Positions 17,188 to 25,319 of a DNA stretch of 28,214 nt are shown here, piece after piece; position 1 is the stretch's first letter; every line of letters begins with the position of its first letter. This stretch comes from Blastocatellia bacterium (lineage in GTDB: Bacteria > Acidobacteriota > Blastocatellia > Pyrinomonadales > Pyrinomonadaceae). The notes under the pieces were generated by a model. That model did no database searches. It was not told the DNA's origin and saw only the letters and a program-made list of their open reading frames with translations. The translations under genes were made by a program, and so were the position numbers. Where the stretch lies: the NCBI GenBank assembly GCA_013695195.1, contig JACDAY010000080.1, forward strand, positions 1-28,214. The letters run 5' to 3'.

Positions 17188-18570
17188 ATGAAAATCCTCT
17201 CCGCCGATTACGTCCTTCCGATCTCGTCCGCACCGATAAAAAGCGGCGCCGTTGCTATTGACGTGGGGAAAATTGTCTTCGTTGGTACGGCCTTAGAACT
17301 CGCCGATAGATTCCCAAAGGCCGCGGTTGAAAATTTCGGACAGGCGGCGATCATTCCGGGTCTTGTAAACTGTCATTCGCATCTCGAGATCACTTCGATG
17401 CGCGGACTGCTCGACGATGTGGAGCATGATTTTAGGGCGTGGCTTTTGAAGTTGAACGCGGCGCGATTGGAAATGTCGGAGGACGACATCAGGGCTTCGG
17501 CTATTGCCGGAGCGCTTGAGGGCGCCCGGGCCGGTGTAACTTGTTTCGGCGATGTAGGAAGATACGGTTGGGCAGGTCTGGAAGCTCTAAAAACCGTCGG
17601 CTTGCGAGGCGTTCTATTTCAGGAAACCGAATTTTCACCGGATAATGCAACAGCCGCCGACGATTTTGAAAAACTGAAGGAGAAGTATTTCGAGCTTAGG
17701 AAAGCGGCAGCCGATCTCGTAGAAGTCGGTATCTCGCCGCACTCGCCTTATAGTGTCAGTTCGAAGTTATTCGAAAAAATTGCCGGATTCGCAGTCGAAT
17801 ATGATATTAAGCTCGCCATTCATGCCGCCGAATCACTTGCCGAGCACAACCTGATTGCAAACGGGAAAGGGTTTTTTACCGAAATATATAAAAAATTCGG
17901 CCTAACGTGGGAATGTCCCGGTTGTTCTCCGATAGAGTTTTTACACCGCACCGGTGTGCTTGAAGCGAAACCGCTATTGATTCATTGTGTGGCCGTCTTG
18001 GAAAGTGATATCGATCTGATCGCGAAAAGCGGCTCCACCATTGCACACTGTCCGAAATCGAATGCGAAATTCGGCCACGGTTTCGCTCCGTTTGAAAAAT
18101 TTCTGGATTCGGGAATCTCTGTCGGTTTGGGAAGCGATTCGGTTGCAAGCAATAACATCTGCGATATATTGGAAGAATCGCGCTTTGCCGCACTCGCCGC
18201 CAGAAATTTCCCAGGTCGCAAACGATTTATTTCGGCAAAAGAAACGATTGTAACGGCGACACTCGGCGGTGCAAAAACTCTCGGCCTGGATCACAAGATC
18301 GGAACGCTGGAATTGGGGAAGGATGCTGATATCGCCGTAATTTCCCTCGCAAACATCAGCCAGCAACCAATAAATGATATCTTTCCGACGCTGGTTTTCG
18401 CCTCGAATGCGAGAGATGTTGTGATGACGATGGTTGCGGGCGAAGAAATCTACCGTGATGAAAAGTCCGCCAGAATAGATGAAGAGGAATTAACGATCAA
18501 AATGCGAAAAATCGGCGAGGGCGCCATAAAATTCCCTCCGAATAATGTTGGAGCAAACGATTCAGTTTAG
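17188..18570 (+). CDS. Metal-dependent amidohydrolase (MTA/SAH deaminase-like)
   Basis: PGLVNCHSH, SPHSPY, IHAAES, HCPKSNAK, LGSDSVASNN, GTLELGKDADI. The substrate cannot be assigned. Confidence 0.9.
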   Translation: MKILSADYVLPISSAPIKSGAVAIDVGKIVFVGTALELADRFPKAAVENFGQAAIIPGLVNCHSHLEITSMRGLLDDVEHDFRAWLLKLNAARLEMSEDDIRASAIAGALEGARAGVTCFGDVGRYGWAGLEALKTVGLRGVLFQETEFSPDNATAADDFEKLKEKYFELRKAAADLVEVGISPHSPYSVSSKLFEKIAGFAVEYDIKLAIHAAESLAEHNLIANGKGFFTEIYKKFGLTWECPGCSPIEFLHRTGVLEAKPLLIHCVAVLESDIDLIAKSGSTIAHCPKSNAKFGHGFAPFEKFLDSGISVGLGSDSVASNNICDILEESRFAALAARNFPGRKRFISAKETIVTATLGGAKTLGLDHKIGTLELGKDADIAVISLANISQQPINDIFPTLVFASNARDVVMTMVAGEEIYRDEKSARIDEEELTIKMRKIGEGAIKFPPNNVGANDSV

Positions 18571-19451
18571 AACTCGCCCGCTGCTTTCAGTTCCCGAAGC
18601 AGGTCTTCCGGAGTCCATTCGTTGCCTTTGAAGATTTTTGTAACTTTGCCTTCGGGCGAGATAACGGCGGTAACGAGGGAGTGGTTGATCTGGGTTTTAT
18701 CGTTTGGATCGACTTCGTATCGCAGGCCGAAAAAGTCGGCGACGCTTCGGACTTCCTTGTCGCTGCCGACGGCCAACTGCCACAAAGTAAAGTCAGCTTT
18801 CGAGTCTTTTCCAAGATAGCCCTGACCATATAATTTTAGTTTTTCGGGCGTGTCGCGCTCCGGGTCGAATGAAATACTTAAAAGACGGATTTTATTCATT
18901 GCGCCCGCGTCGCCGGCCAATTGGTTGGCGAGATCGCTGAAGTTCCTGGACATCTTGATGCAGAATTCGGGCAGCGGACATTCACGGTAAATAAATGTGA
19001 GCGCCAGGGCCTTGCCCCGATAATCCCTTATGGAAAAGCGTTTGCCATCCTGGTTTACGAGTTGGAAGTACGGGACCTGTTTCCCGATTTGAGCGAAGTT
19101 TTCGTTTATCGGAACGGCCGGTTGGTCAGGATTGGGAAGCGCGACAATGCCGATCTTTTCGAGCCAGTACGGGTCCTTTGCGGAACTGTCGACCACCAAC
19201 TCGGCATGTATTTCCGAGCCAGGCGTCAGATCGTCCCAAATCCAGTCCTCGCGGATCGGAAAATCCATTGTCATCGGCTCCATGAAATCCGAAATCTTTT
19301 CATGCGCGATCTTTGCTTTCTTCTTTTCCTTATCGACAGACACTACCTTGCCTTTCAATGGATACCGTTTCACTTCAGCCGGGTTTGTCCCCGTTTCGGC
19401 CGTGCGGCAAGAGGAAAGTAAAATTATTAAACATAGAAATATATATCGCAT
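18567..19451 (-). CDS. Lipoprotein with a CusF-like copper-binding domain fused to a SCO1/SenC domain
   Basis: Lipobox LSSC; KIAHEKISDFMEPMTMDF (CusF-like); LTFIYRECPLPEFC, LSISFDPERDTPE..LK.Y and NHSL (SCO). Confidence 0.88.
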   Translation of the reverse strand: MRYIFLCLIILLSSCRTAETGTNPAEVKRYPLKGKVVSVDKEKKKAKIAHEKISDFMEPMTMDFPIREDWIWDDLTPGSEIHAELVVDSSAKDPYWLEKIGIVALPNPDQPAVPINENFAQIGKQVPYFQLVNQDGKRFSIRDYRGKALALTFIYRECPLPEFCIKMSRNFSDLANQLAGDAGAMNKIRLLSISFDPERDTPEKLKLYGQGYLGKDSKADFTLWQLAVGSDKEVRSVADFFGLRYEVDPNDKTQINHSLVTAVISPEGKVTKIFKGNEWTPEDLLRELKAAGEF

Positions 19452-19529
19452 AAAATCTGAATGGTTTCTGTTCTAACTGGCGAGCACTTGTTTATTCTTT
19501 CGTCTTTGATCTGTGTGTTTCTTCTTATT

Positions 19530-19580
19530 CTTGTTCCTCTTATTCTGTGGTAAAATCCAACCACAGATAAGAGGAACAAG
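19530..19580. repeat. Long intergenic hairpin (CCACAGA-type)
   Basis: CTTGTTCCTCTTATTCTGTGGT-aaaatcca-ACCACAGATAAGAGGAACAAG: a 21-bp stem with one bulge, followed by GAACA repeats. Confidence 0.75.
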
Positions 19581-19619
19581 GCGGAACAAAAACCGAACAA
19601 AAATTAAATCTCCAGTTGT

Positions 19620-22049
19620 TTATCTTACTTTTAAATTCTCATCATACAACATCTGATAAACGCGGTAGTTGGCCATTACTTTATAAACATAATCCTTCGT
19701 TTGCGAGAAGGCAATTTCGGGCACGTATCTGTCAGGCAGGTCGGAATGCGAACGTTTTAACCACCTGTTCATGTTGTCCTCACCGCCGTTGTAGCTCGCC
19801 GCAACCGCTTGCGGCTGGTTGGGAAACAGTTTGAATAGAGACGATGCATATTGTGAGCCGAACAGTATTGCCGTCGATGGGTTGTACAGATCGTCCTGGC
19901 GAAAATCCTCGCGACCGAGCTCGCCGGCTATCTTTTCAGCCGTCGCCGAAATAAACTGCATCAGCCCTCGAGCCGCCGCGTAGGATTTAACATCGGGACG
20001 AAAACGTGATTCCTGCCGCATAATCGCCAGCAAAAACCTGGAATCGATATTTCTGGGCGAAGCGTATTTTAAAAACAAATCCGGGTAAGGCGCCGGATAA
20101 AGCAATTCGAGCTGTTCCTTCGGGATCAAATCGATCTGGTAGTCCGCCGGGACCCCGCGCCAAAGCGGTTCAGCAAAAGCAATGGCACGGTCGGCCTTAT
20201 CGCCGCGTTTATAGTGTACTGCCAGGGTGTAATCAAAGTCTTTTGACTGTGTGGATTGCAGATTTCCGGCTGACACTTCAAATTCCGGTGCCGCTTCGTC
20301 ATAAAGGCCCAAAAAGAGAAGCTCGGCGGCTAAATGTCTGTGTATATTTTCAAACCTGACCGACCGCTTTTCGAGGGCGATTTCCCTGCGGCCCGGTTCC
20401 AGCAGCTTAAAACCGGGAATCTTTTTGTATGCAGATAGATTTGAATAAGCCTTTTTTAAATTTTCCAGCAATATTGTCCGGAGTTCCGGTGTTTCCGTCA
20501 GCCGCAGCGCAGCATGGGTATTAGTTCTTTGAACGTCAGGATCTTTTGATTGAAGTCCGGCGGTTAAAAAGTTCAGTTTTACATTAATGATCGGTTTGGC
20601 AACCTCATCATTTGCAAGCAGTTTCAAACGTTCGGTCGCCCGCCCGCCATAGTACTCGTTGCGGCCGTCCGGAATCGAAAGATATCTATCTATCGCCTCC
20701 TCGTACCGCTGCATTTGTTCGAGCACGAAACCATTCAGAAAAGCGATTTCTGATGCGTTCGCGCCGCCGGGAACACCGGCAACGGAATATGGATACGACT
20801 GAAGTTTTTCCAGGCCGGCCCGAGCTTTTGGCCAATCGTTCCTTGAGATATATATTCTTATCTCGGAAAACAAGGCGACGGCTTCGGGCGGTTTGCCTTT
20901 GAAAACTTCCTGCACTTTTACAGCCCATTTCTGAGCCTCGATCTCTTCGCCCTGGTCCCGCAGCACGTCGATTATATTAAGATAAGCCCGATCGACACGT
21001 TCGTCGTCAGGGTATTTTTCAATATATTTTTTATAACGGGCTGTCGCTTCATTGGATTTTGTTAAGCGCGAATAAGCCAAAGCCGCCTGAAGCAGTGCAT
21101 CTTTTGAAACAGGATGATCGGGAAACTGTTCCACAACGCGCTCAAACCATCCAACCGCTTCGGTAAAATTTCCCGCCTGCCCATAGCCGCGCCCGATCTG
21201 GTAAATTGCGTCGGGAACGATGCCGCTAGCGGGATAATTATTAATGATTGCCGAGTAATGAAGGCGTGCTCCAGTGAAATCGCGGTTAAATTGATAGATA
21301 TTCGCGCGGCGCAAATGCTCAAAGTCGCCAAGAGACAGAGCCGGTTTTCCAACATTGCCGGCTCCGGCATCCAAAATGTCCAAACCCTCAACCGCCGCGA
21401 GCGCAAAATCGTCGGGCTGTGCCGGATTCGCCATGCTTCCGAGTAATTGCGTAAAATTCTCTCGGGCGGCGGCCGTGTTTCCGGTACGGAAATAGGACTG
21501 TGCAACAAGCAAACGATTTTCGCGGAGGATCGGACTTTCCACAAGCCGACTGTTGGATGATCGTTGTGGCTGCGCAATGCCTGCGTCGAGCGCCTTTATG
21601 GCGAGATCATAGTTGCCGCTGTCAAACCAGCTTCGAGCAAGACGATTTTTTGCGGCATCGAACAGCAAACTATTAGGGCCGTTTAGCATCAGTTCCTGGA
21701 GATAAATCCGCTCCAGCATTAAATTGCCCGATGAGTGTGCAATCCGGGAAATATGCCACAGAGCATATTCCTTAAAAATAGAATTTCGCGCAGCGACACC
21801 TTGGTATCCGGCCATTGCCGCGGCAAAATCGCCATTTTTTTCGGAAAGCCTCGCCAACAGGTAATCGTAATTATTAAGCTGAAAAATAGCCAGTTCTTTT
21901 GTTTTTAGAATTCGAAGCTGCTCGATAGCGGTGGGATAATTTCTATCAAAGGCCGCAGCATGAATTGCGAAATGAACTTCCGCCGGGGTTTGAGCTAAAA
22001 GGGCCGTTGAAAATATAAATCCGAGCAATATAGCTGCAAACTTTCGCAT
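19620..22049 (-). CDS. slt: Soluble lytic murein transglycosylase (Slt70-like, TPR superhelix + SLT)
   Basis: Signal peptide, a long TPR region, and C-terminal IMRQESRF, ARGLMQFI, ASYNGG, QTKDYV. Confidence 0.88.
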   Translation of the reverse strand: MRKFAAILLGFIFSTALLAQTPAEVHFAIHAAAFDRNYPTAIEQLRILKTKELAIFQLNNYDYLLARLSEKNGDFAAAMAGYQGVAARNSIFKEYALWHISRIAHSSGNLMLERIYLQELMLNGPNSLLFDAAKNRLARSWFDSGNYDLAIKALDAGIAQPQRSSNSRLVESPILRENRLLVAQSYFRTGNTAAARENFTQLLGSMANPAQPDDFALAAVEGLDILDAGAGNVGKPALSLGDFEHLRRANIYQFNRDFTGARLHYSAIINNYPASGIVPDAIYQIGRGYGQAGNFTEAVGWFERVVEQFPDHPVSKDALLQAALAYSRLTKSNEATARYKKYIEKYPDDERVDRAYLNIIDVLRDQGEEIEAQKWAVKVQEVFKGKPPEAVALFSEIRIYISRNDWPKARAGLEKLQSYPYSVAGVPGGANASEIAFLNGFVLEQMQRYEEAIDRYLSIPDGRNEYYGGRATERLKLLANDEVAKPIINVKLNFLTAGLQSKDPDVQRTNTHAALRLTETPELRTILLENLKKAYSNLSAYKKIPGFKLLEPGRREIALEKRSVRFENIHRHLAAELLFLGLYDEAAPEFEVSAGNLQSTQSKDFDYTLAVHYKRGDKADRAIAFAEPLWRGVPADYQIDLIPKEQLELLYPAPYPDLFLKYASPRNIDSRFLLAIMRQESRFRPDVKSYAAARGLMQFISATAEKIAGELGREDFRQDDLYNPSTAILFGSQYASSLFKLFPNQPQAVAASYNGGEDNMNRWLKRSHSDLPDRYVPEIAFSQTKDYVYKVMANYRVYQMLYDENLKVR

Positions 22050-22077
22050 CAATCGATTTTAACCTTATTAGAGAAAG

Positions 22078-22109
22078 AAAAAAAGAGAAGCTCAAAAAAT
22101 GAACTTCTC
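22078..22109 (-). terminator. Rho-independent terminator downstream of the FG-GAP-like gene
   Basis: Minus strand GAGAAGTTCA-ttttt-TGAGCTTCTC followed by 7 U. Confidence 0.65.
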
Positions 22110-22135
22110 ATATAGGGGGAACATTTTGGGAGAAT

Positions 22136-23149
22136 CTAGGAAATGCCGAAAATACTTTGTCTTACGGCAATGGAATTGAGCGGCACATCGGTTTCGGCAC
22201 CGAAATTATACGTCCTGAATCGCGGCGATGAAGTTTCATAGATATACCATACGCCTTTACGAAACACAGCAAAATCTGTTGTGCCGTCACCATCGTAATC
22301 CCCGGGGACAGGCCGGGCGTCTGGAAATCCGAACTCAAACGGTTCCGTTTCGCCTGTTTCACTGTTGAGGACGAACCATGTCGAACCTCTGTAAACGCCG
22401 ATGTCGGCCTTTCCATCACCGGTATAATCGGCGGGCAGAAGCAGATCGGTTCCGGCTATTCCGAAGTTTTCAACCCGCGTTTGATTCGTCTTGCTATAAA
22501 AAATATACCAGCGGTTCTCCGACGGCCGGAACAGTGCCGGATCGGATTTCGCATCGCCGTCATAATCGGCCTGCACGGGAATATCTCCGGTCAAGCCAAA
22601 TCGGACAGACGACGCTTTGCTTTGATCGTAGCCGTTCGAAGAATGTAGAATGTGCCAGATTCCGCTGCCGGGACGCCAAACGGCGATGTCGGCGCGTTTA
22701 TCTCCGTCGAAGTCCGCCGGAACGGGAACGTCCTGATACGATCTCGTCCGTTCATTCGACTTTGGCCGCCATTTAATAACGATCGTTTGATGATCACTGC
22801 TTCGCTGAATATACCAGACGCCGGTTCCGGCTTTCCAGATTCCGGCGTCGAGGGTGCCGTCGCCATCATAATCGGCGGGCACGAGAATATCGGTTGATGT
22901 TTGCCGCGTTGCTGCCGGGAAAGCAGCTTTTGCTGTGTGTGAATCAGAATGCAAAAAGCCCGTGCCTGGCCTGAACAAAGTGAGAACGGCTTCTTTTCCA
23001 CGTATTTTTTCAGCGTTTGGAGGAGTTTGGCCGGCTGCTGAAATCAAAAGCATTACAAAAATGACCGGCAATTGGAACAAACCAATATCGAAGCGGAATA
23101 TTCCGCCAAAGTCTTTCGCCGTTTTCTTGAGCAATTGTGTAAAAAACAT
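22136..23149 (-). CDS. FG-GAP/VCBS-like repeat protein, probably exported
   Basis: Five repeats of P(A/G)D(Y/F)(D/T)GDG..D.A(V/I)(W/F)R...W. Hydrophobic stretch near the N-terminus. The start is uncertain (ATG 23149 chosen). Confidence 0.8.
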   Translation of the reverse strand: MFFTQLLKKTAKDFGGIFRFDIGLFQLPVIFVMLLISAAGQTPPNAEKIRGKEAVLTLFRPGTGFLHSDSHTAKAAFPAATRQTSTDILVPADYDGDGTLDAGIWKAGTGVWYIQRSSDHQTIVIKWRPKSNERTRSYQDVPVPADFDGDKRADIAVWRPGSGIWHILHSSNGYDQSKASSVRFGLTGDIPVQADYDGDAKSDPALFRPSENRWYIFYSKTNQTRVENFGIAGTDLLLPADYTGDGKADIGVYRGSTWFVLNSETGETEPFEFGFPDARPVPGDYDGDGTTDFAVFRKGVWYIYETSSPRFRTYNFGAETDVPLNSIAVRQSIFGIS

Positions 23150-23260
23150 TTTGTATTTATAAGACGATAACCAGGATAGGTTTTGCGTATCAGAAAAACT
23201 TTCTTCCAAACAAAACTGACAATTGGCCGATACTTCCTGTAAAATTTCTAGAAATCATTT

Positions 23261-24190
23261 ATGACTGCACGAATTTTATCCGGTAAACCAATAGCCGATG
23301 CGATAAAAGCTGAGGTTGCCGGCGAGGTTGAACAGCTTGAACGGACGCACGGATTTCGGCCTTGTCTCACGGTTGTGCGTGTCGGTGAGGACGCGGCGTC
23401 GGCAGTTTACGTCGGCAAGAAGGTTAAGACATCTGAAGAATTGGGGATTATTTCCGAGCTTCGCCATCTTCCGGTTGACATATTGCATGGCGATTTGCTG
23501 GCAATTATAAAAGAATTGAACGGCCGCCCCGACGTCGATGGGATTTTGGTGCAGCTTCCTTTGCCTGATCAGATAAGAACGAGCGAAATTCTCGAAACGA
23601 TCGATCCGGAGAAAGATGTTGACGGGTTTCATCCGGTAAATGCCGGGCGGCTCGCCCAGGGAGAGAAATCGCTCGTCCCTTGCACGCCGGCGGGCGTAAT
23701 TGAGATGTTGAAACGTTCGGACATTGAGATAGCCGGTCAGCATGCGGTAATTGTCGGCCGCAGCAATATTGTCGGCAAGCCGATGGCGATGCTTCTTTTG
23801 CGGGAAAATGCTACGGTAACCATCTGTCATTCGCGCACAAAAAATCTCGCGGGTATAACACGGCAGGCTGATATTCTGGTGGCGGCGATCGGACGTCCGG
23901 GTTTTATCAGCGGTGAACATATCCGCGAAGGTGCCGTAGTGATCGATGTCGGGATCAACAATGTTTCCGATACGGATGTTGTCCGCGGGCTTTTTAAGGG
24001 TGAGGAATTGGGAAAGCGCCTAACGGCTATAGAAAAACGCGGATTCACGCTTGTCGGCGATGTAAATCCGAAAGAGGCAATGGAAAAAGCCGGCAGTTTT
24101 ACGCCTGTGCCGGGCGGCGTCGGGCTGCTTACCGTTGCGATGCTGATGAGAAATACAGTCGACGCCGCCGTAAAAAGAAGAAAGCTTTAA
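23261..24190 (+). CDS. folD: Bifunctional methylenetetrahydrofolate dehydrogenase/cyclohydrolase
   Basis: ASAVYV..K, DGILVQLPLP, EKDVDGFHP, PCTPAGV, GRSNIVGKP, TPVPGGVG. Confidence 0.97.
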   Translation: MTARILSGKPIADAIKAEVAGEVEQLERTHGFRPCLTVVRVGEDAASAVYVGKKVKTSEELGIISELRHLPVDILHGDLLAIIKELNGRPDVDGILVQLPLPDQIRTSEILETIDPEKDVDGFHPVNAGRLAQGEKSLVPCTPAGVIEMLKRSDIEIAGQHAVIVGRSNIVGKPMAMLLLRENATVTICHSRTKNLAGITRQADILVAAIGRPGFISGEHIREGAVVIDVGINNVSDTDVVRGLFKGEELGKRLTAIEKRGFTLVGDVNPKEAMEKAGSFTPVPGGVGLLTVAMLMRNTVDAAVKRRKL

Positions 24191-24191
24191 T

Positions 24192-24252
24192 CACAGAGAC
24201 CCATAGGCAGACCTTTAAACTTTCTGATCTCGGCGTCTCCGTGTCTCTGCGG
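24192..24252. repeat. Imperfect inverted octamer repeat
   Basis: CACAGAGAC ... CTCGGCGT CTCCGTGT CTCTGCGG (8-nt period). The left unit can pair with GTCTCCGTG/GTCTCTGCG. Confidence 0.5.
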
Positions 24253-24264
24253 TAAGATTAAGGT

Positions 24265-24564
24265 ATGAAATTTGAAGAATATCAAACAGCAGCGAGCCGG
24301 ACGGCTTTGTATCCGAATCGCCTTAAAAATCTCGAATACCCAACGCTAGGCCTGACCGGCGAAGCGGGAGAGGTTGCCAACATCGTCAAAAAGATCCAAC
24401 GCGATTTTGGCGGCGAAATTACATATGAAATCCGGCTGAAACTTAAGGACGAGCTGGGTGACGTGCTTTGGTATATTTCCGCATGCGCCGACGAACTGGG
24501 TTTGACACTTGAGCAAATCGCTGAATTTAATGTCGAAAAACTGGCAAAAAGACATAATCGATAA
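24265..24564 (+). CDS. MazG-like nucleoside triphosphate pyrophosphohydrolase
   Basis: YQ.AA.RTA, LGLTGEAGEVANIVKK, DELGDVLWY, N..KL..R. Confidence 0.9.
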   Translation: MKFEEYQTAASRTALYPNRLKNLEYPTLGLTGEAGEVANIVKKIQRDFGGEITYEIRLKLKDELGDVLWYISACADELGLTLEQIAEFNVEKLAKRHNR

Positions 24565-24566
24565 TT

Positions 24567-24677
24567 GGAGCACGGGCATCCTGCCCGAATGAGTGAGCGA
24601 ATCAAATTTAACCAGATCACCCGTTCTAACGAAATATTTCGCAGCTAGCGGCGATCCGGGCAGGATGCCCGCGCTCC
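24567..24677. repeat. Inverted REP pair (REPIN-like), GGAG-tagged
   Basis: GGAGCACGGGCATCCTGCCCG (24567-24587) and CGGGCAGGATGCCCGCGCTCC (24657-24677). Each has a CGGGCA/TGCCCG hairpin; the two copies are 20/21 identical in inverted orientation. Confidence 0.85.
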
Positions 24678-24681
24678 GGCT

Positions 24682-25290
24682 ATGTTAAAAATCGGATTGA
24701 CAGGTTCTATTGCTGTAGGAAAATCGGTGGTGTGTGGAATCCTCGCCGAACTCGGGTGTCATTTAATTGACGCCGATGAAACCGCTCGCAAAGTTGTAGC
24801 AGCCGGAACTAAAGGTTTGCGAAAGATTGTCGGAAGCTTTGGAGAAGAGATTTTAATGCCTGACGGCGAACTCAACCGTTCAAGGCTCGGAGCAATTGTA
24901 TTTGCCGATAAAGAAAAGCGACTCCTGCTGAACTCGATAGTGCATCCCCTAGTGATCGAGGACCAAAATCTGTGGCTTTTGCATTGGGAAACCGCAGATC
25001 CCGACGGCATCGCTGTCGTGGATGCCGCATTGATGATAGAATCCGGCAGTTACAAGCGGTTCGATGCGCTCGTTGTTGTCTGGTGCGAACCTGCGATACA
25101 ATTGAAACGGTTGATGTTACGCGATAATTTAAGTAAAAAGGAAGCCCAAAATCGCATCGGTTCTCAAATGCCGCAAGACGAAAAAAAAAGATATGCGGAT
25201 TTTCTGATCGATACATCTAAAAGTATTGAGGAAACACGCCGGCAAACAGTTGAAATCTACGAACGATTGGCACTTTTAGCCGATATGTAG
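24682..25290 (+). CDS. coaE: Dephospho-CoA kinase
   Basis: IGLTGSIAVGKS P-loop, IDAD..AR, R..LGAIVF, LNSIVHPLV, RLM.RD. Confidence 0.96.
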   Translation: MLKIGLTGSIAVGKSVVCGILAELGCHLIDADETARKVVAAGTKGLRKIVGSFGEEILMPDGELNRSRLGAIVFADKEKRLLLNSIVHPLVIEDQNLWLLHWETADPDGIAVVDAALMIESGSYKRFDALVVVWCEPAIQLKRLMLRDNLSKKEAQNRIGSQMPQDEKKRYADFLIDTSKSIEETRRQTVEIYERLALLADM

Positions 25291-25319
25291 TTTTTATCAC
25301 AGAGTTACAAAGAAAAATA

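Noticed and set aside
22136-22900. Recurring GCCGTC..CATCATAATC-like DNA repeats
   Set aside because: They encode the DYDGDG protein repeats.
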